From the NCBI GenBank assembly GCA_040404065.1, contig JBBAJM010000001.1: DNA of 64,000 nucleotides. One strand, given 5' to 3'. The notes under the pieces were generated by a model. That model was given only the letters and a program-made list of their open reading frames with translations, ran no database searches and had not been told where the DNA came from. The position numbers were made by a program, and so were the translations under genes. Source of the stretch: Candidatus Fonsibacter sp. (GTDB lineage: Bacteria > Pseudomonadota > Alphaproteobacteria > Pelagibacterales > Pelagibacteraceae). This document shows, in pieces, positions 47,141 to 58,874 of the stretch (positions within the stretch are counted from its first letter, which is position 1; every line of letters starts with the position of its first letter).

Positions 47141-48016
47141 TTATTTCCATCTATCGTGTAACCAAAGCCAGTGAGCTGGATCTTTTTTAATGAATTCTTC
47201 AATTTTATGATTCATGTCTTTAGTTATGTTAAAAATATCTTTCTCGTAATTGTTTGTTTTATTTATTGATAATGGCTCTTCAACAAAAAACTCAAAGTTA
47301 GTATTTTTAATTCTTTTTATAAAAACGGGAACAAGCAAAGCATCATATTTAATTGCTAGTTGAGCTGGCATCGTAGTTGTTGTTGCGGGTTTATTGAAGA
47401 AAGGAATATGAATGCTTGAAGATAGTCTTTGATCCATTAGTAAAGCTAAAGGATTATTTGCTGATATGTGTTTAATCAATTTTTTAGTTCCTTTTGAACC
47501 TTTTTCTATTTGAATAGGAGCGATATATTTTTTTCTAATAAATTCCATAACCGGATTTAAAAAAATATTATTAAGAGGCCTATAAATAGCTCCGATATTA
47601 AAGCCTAATTCTTTTAAACATCTGCCCATTAATTCAAAATTTGCAAAGTGACCTGAGAAAAAAATGATTGGGTGTTTATTATTTTTTAATTTTTCAATAT
47701 TTTTTGGGTCTATGAAAGTAATTTTATTTTTTTTTTCGTCAATAACACTAAATTTATTTAGATGAACATATTCACCAAATATTCTTCCTATATTTTTCCA
47801 CATATTACTTATCAATATGTTAATTTCATTTTCAGAAATGTTTGGAAATGCAATTTGAATATTTTTTTTTGCTATTGTTTTGTTTCTAAATAAAGGACCA
47901 AAATATTTACCGATAAATTCACCTAAATTAGATGACAATTTTAAGCCAATAATTTTAAAAATTAGAAAAAAAAATATTACTAAAATGAATTCTATAAAAT
48001 ATCTAATAATTTTCAT
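47141..48016 (-). CDS. Lipid A biosynthesis lauroyl/myristoyl acyltransferase (LpxL/HtrB family)
   Basis: N-terminal TM, HFANFE acyltransferase motif, IYRPLNN, LMDQ, W.WLH.RWK. Confidence 0.88.
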   Translation of the reverse strand: MKIIRYFIEFILVIFFFLIFKIIGLKLSSNLGEFIGKYFGPLFRNKTIAKKNIQIAFPNISENEINILISNMWKNIGRIFGEYVHLNKFSVIDEKKNKITFIDPKNIEKLKNNKHPIIFFSGHFANFELMGRCLKELGFNIGAIYRPLNNIFLNPVMEFIRKKYIAPIQIEKGSKGTKKLIKHISANNPLALLMDQRLSSSIHIPFFNKPATTTTMPAQLAIKYDALLVPVFIKRIKNTNFEFFVEEPLSINKTNNYEKDIFNITKDMNHKIEEFIKKDPAHWLWLHDRWK

Positions 48017-49002
48017 TAAAATAGTAGTCTAATTTCTTTTTCTAATAATTCTTTATTACTGAATAAAGTATTCAATTTAGTATAATAAATATTTTGTTTA
48101 TATTTATTTTCAATCCTTACATAATCTTTTTCAGTAGTAATCAAATCGCATACATTATTTTTAGCTTCATTGAATAAAGTTTTGTAATTTTCTTCTGTAA
48201 ATTGAAAGTGATCCGGATAAGTAATTTGTTTTCTAATTTTTATATTATTCTCTAATAAAATATCGAAAAAACTATCTGGATTTCCAATTCCTGAAAAAGC
48301 TATAAAATTTCTATTTTTTAAAGCATCAATATTTTCAATCTTATTTTCTGCATAGATAATATGCACATTATTATTGATTTTTTTTAATGTTTCCTCGATC
48401 TTTTCATTTTTTTTGCCTTTAATAATTATAAAATTAGCTCTTCGAACTGATGAAACAGGCTCTCTAAGTGGGCCAGAGGGTATTAAATTTTTATTTCCAA
48501 GCCAATTTTTTGAATCAAAACAAAGTATATTTATATTTTTTAATATTGATAAGTCTTGAAAGCCATCATCCATAATAACAGCATCGTATCCTAATTTTAT
48601 AATATTATTTATAGCTTGTGATCTATCGTCAGCAATATATACGTGTCCAAATTTGTTTAATAGTAGAGGTTCGTCACCTATATTCGCTGAATTTTGATTT
48701 GGATAATTTAGTTTATTTAAATGAACATTCTCTTTATTCTTTCGACCGTAACCTTTTGTAAGAAAACAAACTTTTTTATAACGGCTTAATATTTTGAATA
48801 TTTCAATTGCAGCAGATGTTTTCCCAGTTCCTCCAATATAAATATTTCCCACGCAGATTATAGGAATATTAAATTTATGTTGAACAGCAGTTATTTTTTT
48901 TATTAAGATTATAAAATAATAAATAATTGATAGCGGATACAATAGTATAGATAAAAAAGAATTTTTTTTTTTATCCCAAAATTTTGGCTTCATAAAATAC
49001 AT
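48016..49002 (-). CDS. lpxK: Tetraacyldisaccharide 4'-kinase
   Basis: PIICVGNIYIGGTGKT, GYG, GDEPLL, MDDGFQD, P.GPLREP, ITTEKD. Confidence 0.95.
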   Translation of the reverse strand: MYFMKPKFWDKKKNSFLSILLYPLSIIYYFIILIKKITAVQHKFNIPIICVGNIYIGGTGKTSAAIEIFKILSRYKKVCFLTKGYGRKNKENVHLNKLNYPNQNSANIGDEPLLLNKFGHVYIADDRSQAINNIIKLGYDAVIMDDGFQDLSILKNINILCFDSKNWLGNKNLIPSGPLREPVSSVRRANFIIIKGKKNEKIEETLKKINNNVHIIYAENKIENIDALKNRNFIAFSGIGNPDSFFDILLENNIKIRKQITYPDHFQFTEENYKTLFNEAKNNVCDLITTEKDYVRIENKYKQNIYYTKLNTLFSNKELLEKEIRLLF

Positions 49003-49005
49003 TGA

Positions 49006-50244
49006 TTAACTAATTATATATTTATCTAATTCTTTAATTGTTGTTAAAAAAATTTCATTACCCATTTTAGTTATCTTGTCTTTAATATTTGTATTTTTAT
49101 AATTATTAAATTTTTCATCTAATTGATTCGTAAGTTCTGACTCAGATTTAATTTTAAATGCAGCATTTTCTTTATTTAGGTAATTATATATCTCAGTAAA
49201 ATTGTATATATAGGGTCCGTAAAAAATTATTGAATTGTTGTAAGCTACTTCAATAGGATTTTGTCCTCCATGATTTATTAACGATCCTCCAATAAAAACA
49301 TATTTAGATAATTTTAAGAATTCTTGTGCAGAGCCATAAGAATTTACAATTACGATATCCGTATCATCTTTAAAATTAGATATAGAATCTGTTATTAAAA
49401 AATTTAACTTAAGTTTTTCAGTTAATGCTTTAATTTCCAAAACTCTATTGATATGCCTCGGAATGATTATAGTTAATAAATTAGGATATTTTTTTTTTAA
49501 ATTAATATGTGAATTTATACATATTTCTTCTTCACCATTGTGAGTGCTAAGAGCGATAAATATTATTTTTTTAGATAAGGTTGGATTAGAAAAATCTTTA
49601 GAATTATATTCTTCAGAACGAGTTAATTTAAGATTTCCTATAAACTGTATATTGTTAGTCTTAAAATAATTAAAATAGCTTTGACTTTCCTCGCTTTGAC
49701 AAAGAACTAGATTGAAACAATTTATTATATTTTTCATATTCGTTTTAAAAAATTTCCACCTATTAAAAGACTTTTTGGATAGTCTTGCATTTAGAAGAAT
49801 TATTGGAATATTACTATCTCTAGCTTTGAAGATTTGATTAGGCCAGATTTCAGATTCAGTAAAAAAAATTACATCTGGTCTCCATTTAGAGAAGAATTTA
49901 TTAATTATTTGAGGAGTATCAAAAGGTGCGAATTGGTGAATAATATTTGAGACATTGTTGTATTTTTTTTGAAACACATCATTTGATCCTATAGTAGAAG
50001 TAGTAACCAGAATTTGGGTATTTTTTTTTAAATAATGATCAATAATTGGAAATATACTTTTAAGTTCACCTATGCTCGAGCAATGAAACCAAATTAAAAA
50101 TTTATCTGTTTTAAATTGAGAGGATATGCACAATTTTTCCTTATATCTTGTAGGGCTTTTTTTTTTTTTTAACAATCTTAAAAATAAATATAAGTATAAA
50201 AAATAATTTATTATAAAGGTTAAAAAAATATAAATCTTTTTCAT
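49006..50244 (-). CDS. waaA: Kdo transferase
   Basis: IWFHCSSIGE, LVTTST, P.DTP, ESEIWPN, NARLS.KS, STHNGEE, IPRH, GGQNPIE. Confidence 0.92.
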   Translation of the reverse strand: MKKIYIFLTFIINYFLYLYLFLRLLKKKKSPTRYKEKLCISSQFKTDKFLIWFHCSSIGELKSIFPIIDHYLKKNTQILVTTSTIGSNDVFQKKYNNVSNIIHQFAPFDTPQIINKFFSKWRPDVIFFTESEIWPNQIFKARDSNIPIILLNARLSKKSFNRWKFFKTNMKNIINCFNLVLCQSEESQSYFNYFKTNNIQFIGNLKLTRSEEYNSKDFSNPTLSKKIIFIALSTHNGEEEICINSHINLKKKYPNLLTIIIPRHINRVLEIKALTEKLKLNFLITDSISNFKDDTDIVIVNSYGSAQEFLKLSKYVFIGGSLINHGGQNPIEVAYNNSIIFYGPYIYNFTEIYNYLNKENAAFKIKSESELTNQLDEKFNNYKNTNIKDKITKMGNEIFLTTIKELDKYIIS

Positions 50245-50254
50245 AGGGTAAGAT

Positions 50255-51988
50255 TTAATTTAAGGTCTGTTTATCGTATAAATTTTTGTAAACTGTAGAA
50301 TTTTTGACTAATTCTGAATGATTCCCCTCATCAATAATTTTTCCTTTGTTTAATATATAAATTTTATCACAATTAATTATTGAAGAAAATTTATGACTAA
50401 TTATTAATGTTGTTTTATTTTTAGTAAGATTATCTAGCGCATATCTAATTTTTTCTTCAGCTTCAGAATCCAAAGAAGAAGTTGCTTCATCAAGTAAAAT
50501 TATGGGTGAGTTTTTTAAAATTGCTCTAGCTATTGAAATTCTTTGTTTTTGTCCACCTGATAATTTAACTCCATTTTCACCTACGATCGTATTGTAGCCA
50601 TTTTTTAAAGAATTTATAAAATCATCTATAGCAGCAAATTTGGCAGCATTCTTGATCTCATCATCAGTCGCAAGAATGTTTGCATATGCAATATTATTTT
50701 TTATTGTATCATCAAAAAGAACCGTATCTTGACTCACAATAGAAATATTTTTTCTTAAAGAAGATAATCTAATCTTATTAATTTCTTGATTATCGATAAG
50801 GATACTTCCTTCTTTTAGATTATAAAATCTCGGTATTAAGTTTAAAATAGTTGTTTTTCCGGAGCCACTAGTTCCAATAATTGCAGTTTTAGAACTTCCG
50901 GCAATGCTAATATTTATTTTATCAATAACTTTTGATCCGTCTGGGTAGGTAAAGCTAACATCTTTAAATACTATCTCTCCAGAGGAAAGATTTAGTTCAG
51001 GAAGAGTAACATCATCTGATATTTGATCTTTTTGATCAATTAAATCGTATATTCTCTTCGCAGCAGAAACACCTTCTTGTATGCCAACATTAATTCCAGC
51101 TAGGGCTCTTACTGGCTGATAAGCAAGCATTAGTGCTGCTAAAAAAGAAACAAATTGACCCATAGTTATTGCTCCCTGCATGCTTCTATAACCAGCAAAA
51201 AAAACTACTGAAGCAATAGCAAATGCAGTAATCATTTCCATTGTAGGACCGGTTCCAAGGCGCACCTGTTCTACTTTTCTCATTTTCTTAAATCTATCTT
51301 CTATAAAATTAGATATTTTAATTTGTTCATCTTTTTCTCTTTGATAAATTTTTACAAGCCAAGATCCTCTGATAATTTCAGATAAAAATTTACTTAAATT
51401 TTCAGTAGCTTCAAAACTTAGGCTAGCTTTTTTTCCCATTTTTTTTCCAAATTTTCTCGAGAAAAAAGCGGCTATAGGAATAATAACCAAAGCTAAGATG
51501 CTTAATTGCCAATCATGGTAAAACATGAGAATTATTAACGCTAGTAAAGTTAATATTTCTTTTATTGAGCTTATAACTATTCCGGATATTACGTTAAACA
51601 AAACTTGGGTATCGTTTATAAAGTTAGAAATAAATTTACCAGAATGTTTTCCAACAATATAAGAAATATCAGAGGTTAATATTCTTTTAGCCATTAAAAT
51701 TTGAATATTCTCTACAACTTTCATTCCTATTTTTATTGTTACAATTCTTACAGCAAATGTTGAAAGGCCTTTTAAAACAAAAACTATAATTATCGCTAAA
51801 GGAATCATATAGAGCATGGTCTTATTTTGGTTCAAAAATATTTCTTTTATAGCAGGATCCAATAACCACGCACTTGCAGCAGTTGTTACTGCTGAAATGA
51901 TCATGAAAAATAGACAAATAAAAATTAGATTTAAATATTTTTTTATCTGAGTGTGAAAAATTCTATTAATAAGCTCATTGTTATTCAT
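50255..51988 (-). CDS. msbA: Lipid A flippase ABC transporter (MsbA-like)
   Basis: Six-TM N-domain, Walker A GTSGSGKT, LSGGQKQR, LLDEATSSLD; lies in an operon with waaA and lpxK. Confidence 0.88.
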   Translation of the reverse strand: MNNNELINRIFHTQIKKYLNLIFICLFFMIISAVTTAASAWLLDPAIKEIFLNQNKTMLYMIPLAIIIVFVLKGLSTFAVRIVTIKIGMKVVENIQILMAKRILTSDISYIVGKHSGKFISNFINDTQVLFNVISGIVISSIKEILTLLALIILMFYHDWQLSILALVIIPIAAFFSRKFGKKMGKKASLSFEATENLSKFLSEIIRGSWLVKIYQREKDEQIKISNFIEDRFKKMRKVEQVRLGTGPTMEMITAFAIASVVFFAGYRSMQGAITMGQFVSFLAALMLAYQPVRALAGINVGIQEGVSAAKRIYDLIDQKDQISDDVTLPELNLSSGEIVFKDVSFTYPDGSKVIDKINISIAGSSKTAIIGTSGSGKTTILNLIPRFYNLKEGSILIDNQEINKIRLSSLRKNISIVSQDTVLFDDTIKNNIAYANILATDDEIKNAAKFAAIDDFINSLKNGYNTIVGENGVKLSGGQKQRISIARAILKNSPIILLDEATSSLDSEAEEKIRYALDNLTKNKTTLIISHKFSSIINCDKIYILNKGKIIDEGNHSELVKNSTVYKNLYDKQTLN

Positions 51989-51991
51989 TAA

Positions 51992-53311
51992 TTATTTTCC
52001 TCCAATAATTATATTATTAATTCTTATTGTTGGAGAATTTATTCTAGATTTGAATTCAAGATCATTAGCTAATATCATTTCTTTAAACATATTCTTGATA
52101 TTTCCTGCGACAGTAATTTCGCTTATTGGATAAGTTATTTCTCCATTTTCTATCAAAAAACCAGAACCTCCTTTGCTAAAATCTCCTGTAACACTATTAA
52201 AGCCTGAGCCAAATAACTCTGTTATGCAAACACCTCTTTTTATATCTTTTATCAAATCTGTTTTTGTTACTTTCCCATTCTCAAAATAACAGTTGGTTGC
52301 ACCGCCGCATCTGCCATTAGTTTTTTTTCTTAGCATTTTTCCAGAATAAGTATCTAAAAGAATTTCATTAAGCTTGCCTGCATTAATTAATCTTAATTTT
52401 TTGCAATTTACTCCTTCTGAGTCAAAATTTTTTGACCCTAGTCCTTTTTTTATTAGCGGATCATCAATTACATTAATATTTTCTTGAAACAAAATTTCTC
52501 CTATATCCCCTTTAATAAAACTTACTTTTCTAGCTAAATTGTGTCCAGAAATAGACGATAGTAAATGAGATAAAAAACTCGAGGATACTCTTGGTTCAAA
52601 TACGGCTGGACCTGTAAAAGAATTTATTTTTTGGGGATTTAGTCTGGAGTGCGCTCTTTTCGCTGCTAATTTTCCAATACTTTTTGGTTCTGGAAGATCG
52701 TTAAAAAATCTTTTTGATGAATATTCATAATCTCTTTCCATGCTATCATTTTCTTTTGCCAGCACATCGCATGAAATATTAAAAACGGATGATTTTCGTC
52801 CTCCTGAAAAACCATTGGAGTTTTTTAATAAAAAATTTGATTTTACTTCTGAGAAAGAAACGCCATTTGAGTTAAATATTTTTTCTTGAACTAGTGCCTC
52901 ATGCTCACATTCGGATACGTAATTTTTTTTGTTTTCATAAGGAATTATTGAATCATCGAATAAGTCTAGATTATTAGAATCTTTATCTAAAAATTGATCT
53001 TGGGGAAGACCACAGTATTGATCTTCAGGAGTATTTTTTGCCATCTCGTAGCATCTAACAATTGCTTTCTTAATATTATCTTTTGTTAAATTTGATGTAG
53101 AAATAGAAGACTTTTTTTGATTAATGTATGCAGTGAGGCCAATACTAATATCTTCAGACCTTGTAAATTCTTCAATTTTATTATTTCTTTGTAACATATC
53201 TTCCGAAATTGAATGACCCACAACCACCTCAGAGTTTGTTGTGCCAATTTTTTTTAATTCATCAATGCAATACTCGCCAAGATTATTTAAAAATGAACTG
53301 TCTTTAAGCAT
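51992..53311 (-). CDS. pmbA: Metalloprotease subunit PmbA/TldE
   Basis: FDSEGV, ELFGSGFNSVTGDFS.G..GF.IENGEI.YP.SEITVAGN. Confidence 0.88.
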   Translation of the reverse strand: MLKDSSFLNNLGEYCIDELKKIGTTNSEVVVGHSISEDMLQRNNKIEEFTRSEDISIGLTAYINQKKSSISTSNLTKDNIKKAIVRCYEMAKNTPEDQYCGLPQDQFLDKDSNNLDLFDDSIIPYENKKNYVSECEHEALVQEKIFNSNGVSFSEVKSNFLLKNSNGFSGGRKSSVFNISCDVLAKENDSMERDYEYSSKRFFNDLPEPKSIGKLAAKRAHSRLNPQKINSFTGPAVFEPRVSSSFLSHLLSSISGHNLARKVSFIKGDIGEILFQENINVIDDPLIKKGLGSKNFDSEGVNCKKLRLINAGKLNEILLDTYSGKMLRKKTNGRCGGATNCYFENGKVTKTDLIKDIKRGVCITELFGSGFNSVTGDFSKGGSGFLIENGEITYPISEITVAGNIKNMFKEMILANDLEFKSRINSPTIRINNIIIGGK

Positions 53312-54170
53312 TATAAGTTTCTAAGAAAAATATTAAAAATATTAAAAGTCCAAAAAAATTATTACTGTTAAATACTTTTTGAATCTTTTCCCTATCATTA
53401 GAGTTGGTTTTTTTAATTAATAATACTTGATAAATTAAATGTGCAGATGAAGTTATTATTAAGATAAAATAAAGAAAAGATCTATCTGTTAAAGCACCTA
53501 AAGCAATTAATAAAATTATTAAAGAAATGTAGCAAAAAAAAAGGAAGTTCTTTATGTCGTGTTTAAATTTAATTGCTGTAGATTTGATCTTTATTTTTAA
53601 ATCGTCGCGTCTATCTTGTAGTGCGTAAATTGTATCGTATCCTAAAGTCCAAAATATCGCCGCCACATATAAGATGATTGTTTCAATTTTTAAGTTTTCA
53701 AAGAACACTGACCAGGCAAGTAGCACTCCCCAATTAAATGTAAAACCAAGAAATAGTTGAGGCCAAAATGTTATTCTTTTCATAAAAGGATAAGTTAAAA
53801 TTAATAATCCAGATGATAAACCTAATATTCTAGAAAAATTATTAAACTGAAACAATATTACGATTGCAGGAATTAAAAGTAGCAGAATAATAATCCAAGC
53901 AGTTTTTACACTTATTTTTTTAGAAGCTATTAAACGTTTTTTGGTTCTTTGAACTTTGCTATCTATATTTTTATCTACGATGTCATTATAAACGCAACCA
54001 GCACTTCTCATTACTATAGAGCCTATAAAAAATAAAATTAAGTACTTAATAAATAAATTATCATTTACAGTAAACCATTGGGTCATTGCCAAACTCCAAG
54101 CACATGGCCAGAATAATAAAAAGATTCCAATGGGTTTATTTAATCTTAATAATTCAGCAAATTGGTACAT
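53304..54170 (-). CDS. ubiA: 4-hydroxybenzoate polyprenyltransferase
   Basis: LRLNKPIG..LL.WP, MRSAGC.YNDIVD..ID..V.RT..R, YPFMKR, YDTIYA.QD. Confidence 0.95.
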   Translation of the reverse strand: MYQFAELLRLNKPIGIFLLFWPCAWSLAMTQWFTVNDNLFIKYLILFFIGSIVMRSAGCVYNDIVDKNIDSKVQRTKKRLIASKKISVKTAWIIILLLLIPAIVILFQFNNFSRILGLSSGLLILTYPFMKRITFWPQLFLGFTFNWGVLLAWSVFFENLKIETIILYVAAIFWTLGYDTIYALQDRRDDLKIKIKSTAIKFKHDIKNFLFFCYISLIILLIALGALTDRSFLYFILIITSSAHLIYQVLLIKKTNSNDREKIQKVFNSNNFFGLLIFLIFFLETYNA

Positions 54171-54207
54171 TTTGTAAAAATTGAGTAATTTAGTTACAAT
54201 AACAGTT

Positions 54208-54927
54208 ATGTCTTTAAAAGTAAGAATTTATTTGAATAAAAAGCTAGATCTAGATTTAGATTTAATTCTAGAAAAAGAAGATAGTCATTATTTAAAAAAT
54301 GTGATGCGTTTAAGAGAAGGGGATAATGTTTTTTTATTTAATTCTCAAGATGGAGAATTCGAGGGAAGAATTATTAGCTCTGATAAAAATAATACAAAAG
54401 TTAAACTAGTAGCAAAGATTAAAAATACAGGAAAACAATCAAATATATCTCTAATATTTTCTTTAATTAAAAGTTCAAAGTTGAATTATTTAATTCAAAA
54501 ATGCACAGAAGTAGGCGTTAAAGAATTTATTCCAGTTATCTCTGAAAAGTCAGTCGCTAAGAATTTAAACATAAAAAGAGTTGAAAAAATTATCAAAGAA
54601 ACTTGCGAACAATCTAATCAGCTATTATTGCCAGTTATTCATGAAGTTGGAAAATTAGAAAAAAAATTACAATCTTTTGATAAGAATTCTGTAATTTTTT
54701 TTGCGGACACTAACTCTTCTAATAAAAAGATAGATGAAGTTTTAAAAGAAAATAAAAATAATAAATTTTACTTATTGATAGGTCCTGAAGGTGATTTTTC
54801 ATTAAAAGAAAGGGACTTGCTAAGTAAAATGAGTAATTGTTTACCTATTTCATTAGGTCAAAATATTTTAAGATCGGAAACAGCTGCAGTTGCAGGTCTT
54901 GTTTTATTAAATTCTCAGATTAATTAA
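54208..54927 (+). CDS. rsmE: 16S rRNA m3U1498 methyltransferase
   Basis: HYL.NVMRL, IQKCTEVGV, E.CEQS, IGPEGDFS..E, LGQNILRSETA. ATG 54208 is preferred; TTG 54181 is possible. Confidence 0.93.
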   Translation: MSLKVRIYLNKKLDLDLDLILEKEDSHYLKNVMRLREGDNVFLFNSQDGEFEGRIISSDKNNTKVKLVAKIKNTGKQSNISLIFSLIKSSKLNYLIQKCTEVGVKEFIPVISEKSVAKNLNIKRVEKIIKETCEQSNQLLLPVIHEVGKLEKKLQSFDKNSVIFFADTNSSNKKIDEVLKENKNNKFYLLIGPEGDFSLKERDLLSKMSNCLPISLGQNILRSETAAVAGLVLLNSQIN

Positions 54928-56351
54928 TTTTTAGTTCCACCAACAGTGATGCTATCAATCAAGATAGTTGGTTGACCAACGCCAACAGGTACCCATTGTC
55001 CATTTTTTCCACAAGTGCCAACACCAGCATCTAGTTCCATGTCATTTCCAACCATCTTAACTTTTGTAAGAACGTCAGGACCATTGCCAATAAGAGTTGC
55101 TCCTTTTAAAGGTCTTCCAATTTTTCCATTTTTAATTTCATAAGCTTCAGTGCATGAAAAAACAAACTTACCATTTGTGATGTCTACTTGACCCCCTCCA
55201 AATGCAACAGCATAGATACCGTTATCAACTGATTTAATTATTTCTTCGGGATGGTACTTTCCAGAAAGCATATAAGTGTTTGTCATACGTGGCATTGGTA
55301 TATGTTCAAAACTTTCTCTTCTACCATTTCCAGTTGGTTGAACATTCATCAATCTTGCGTTCAATCTGTCTTGTATATAATTTTTTAATATTCCTTTTTC
55401 TATTAATACAGTTTTATTTGTCGGTGTTCCTTCATCATCGATAGTTATAGAGCCTCTTCTATTTTCAATTGTTCCATCATCAACAACGGTTACTTGTTCA
55501 TCAGCTATTTTTTGTCCCATTAAATTTGAGAATGCAGAAGTTTTTTTTCTATTAAAATCTCCTTCTAAACCATGTCCAATTGCTTCATGAAGAAGAATTC
55601 CAGGCCAACCAGGTCCTAACACTACTTTCATTTCTCCAGCCGGGGCATCAACACTTTCAAGATTAACTAATGCTTGTTTTAGAGCGATATCGCAAACTTT
55701 TTTCCAATTTAAATCAGTAATATATTCATCTAATATTTTTCTTCCGCCAGTGCCATAACTTCCTGTTTCTTTTCTTCCATTTTTTTCAACCATTACCGAA
55801 ACATTAAATCGAACAAGAGGTCTTTTGTCGGAATAACTTTGATTGTCAGGTCTGATAATTTCTATTTGCTGATATTCAGAAAATATAGAGCTAGAAACTT
55901 GTTTAACGTGTGGATTTTTTGATCTTAAGTATTTGTCTATGTTATTTAATAGATCTATTTTTTCAGAAAAATTTTTTGCTTCTATAGGATTAACGTCAGC
56001 ATACAGATGTTTGTTAGTTTTTTTAGGTCCAGAACTTAATTTTCCAGAAAAATTTTTGCTTGCATCTAAAATTATTTTTGCAGATTGTTTTAAAGATTCT
56101 TCTGTCAGTTCATTTGAATGTGAGTAGGTAGTAATATCGTTGTTAACAGATCTTAACCCATAACCTTTGCTAGAGTCGTAGCTTGTGTTTTTAATTTTAC
56201 CATCATCCAATAATAACGACTCCGAAACTGTCGATTCCAGGAATAGTTCACCGTCATCACACTTAAAAAGAGTATCGTTGACTATTGTTTCTGCTGATTT
56301 TCTTGAAATTGAATTTTCCTGTGAAAAAAACTCATTTAAATCTGGGTTCAT
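54924..56351 (-). CDS. tldD: Metalloprotease TldD
   Basis: GPGWPGILLHEAIGHGLEGDFNRK (HExxxH), DDEGTP, GNGRRES, PRMTNT, CGKNGQ.VPVGVGQPT. Confidence 0.96.
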   Translation of the reverse strand: MNPDLNEFFSQENSISRKSAETIVNDTLFKCDDGELFLESTVSESLLLDDGKIKNTSYDSSKGYGLRSVNNDITTYSHSNELTEESLKQSAKIILDASKNFSGKLSSGPKKTNKHLYADVNPIEAKNFSEKIDLLNNIDKYLRSKNPHVKQVSSSIFSEYQQIEIIRPDNQSYSDKRPLVRFNVSVMVEKNGRKETGSYGTGGRKILDEYITDLNWKKVCDIALKQALVNLESVDAPAGEMKVVLGPGWPGILLHEAIGHGLEGDFNRKKTSAFSNLMGQKIADEQVTVVDDGTIENRRGSITIDDEGTPTNKTVLIEKGILKNYIQDRLNARLMNVQPTGNGRRESFEHIPMPRMTNTYMLSGKYHPEEIIKSVDNGIYAVAFGGGQVDITNGKFVFSCTEAYEIKNGKIGRPLKGATLIGNGPDVLTKVKMVGNDMELDAGVGTCGKNGQWVPVGVGQPTILIDSITVGGTKN

Positions 56352-56439
56352 TTTTAGATAAATTGTCGCAAATTTTTTCTATATATTTGTGATAATAATA
56401 TAGTTAAATAACTATATTTACATAGTATATCTTTAATTA

Positions 56440-57276
56440 ATGACAAAAAATTTTTTAAACAAATTTTATTTATCTTTAGCGTTAGTCGCTACGACTAATA
56501 CAGCATTTGCTCGAGAGAACTGGCAGTTTGGATATGAGGAATCCGTTACTTCTGTCATGGATGATATTATTCATCTTCATGACAAAATCATACTGCCAAT
56601 TATTGTTGCAATATCTGCTTTTGTGCTTTTTTTGTTAATTTATAGTTTAATTAAATTTAGATCATCTAAAAACCCAATTCCTTCAAAAACTTCTCACAAT
56701 ACATTAATTGAAGTTTTGTGGACTTTAATACCCTGTATAATCTTGGTTGTTATAGCCGTTCCATCTTTCAGATTGTTATACAAACAGGATATTATTCCTA
56801 AGTCAGATGTTACTTTAAAAGTTACGGGTTATCAGTGGTACTGGGGATATGAATATCCTGATGAAAAAATATCTTTTGAAGCAAACATGGTTGAGACCAA
56901 AAATTTAAAACCAAATCAGCCAAGGCTTTTAGAGGCAGATAATTATGTAGTTCTTCCAGTGAATAAAGTTGTAAAAGTTTTAATAACAGCCAACGATGTT
57001 TTGCATGCTTGGGCTATGCCTTCTTTTGGGGTAAATAGAGAAGCAGTTCCAGGAAGAATTAACGAAACTTGGTTTAAGGCACAAAAAGAGGGAATTTATT
57101 ATGGTCAGTGTTTAGAATTGTGCGGAACAAAACATGCTTTTATGCCTATTGTTGTAAAAATAGTTTCGGAAAAAGAATATAATGAATGGCTTAAAGTGGC
57201 AAAAGTAAAGTTTGCAAAATATCCTGAAAATAATATTTTTGCAGAAAATAATTTTACAGAAAAAACAATAAAATAA
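56440..57276 (+). CDS. coxB: Cytochrome c oxidase subunit II
   Basis: Two TM helices, GYQWYWGYEY, CuA ligands HAW...C.E.C...H..M. Confidence 0.96.
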   Translation: MTKNFLNKFYLSLALVATTNTAFARENWQFGYEESVTSVMDDIIHLHDKIILPIIVAISAFVLFLLIYSLIKFRSSKNPIPSKTSHNTLIEVLWTLIPCIILVVIAVPSFRLLYKQDIIPKSDVTLKVTGYQWYWGYEYPDEKISFEANMVETKNLKPNQPRLLEADNYVVLPVNKVVKVLITANDVLHAWAMPSFGVNREAVPGRINETWFKAQKEGIYYGQCLELCGTKHAFMPIVVKIVSEKEYNEWLKVAKVKFAKYPENNIFAENNFTEKTIK

Positions 57277-58866
<1,590 letters not shown>

Positions 58867-58874
58867 TTAAAAAA

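Noticed and set aside
49542-49550. GAGTGCTAA, a CIRCE right half-site
   Set aside because: Inside waaA coding sequence with no matching left half.
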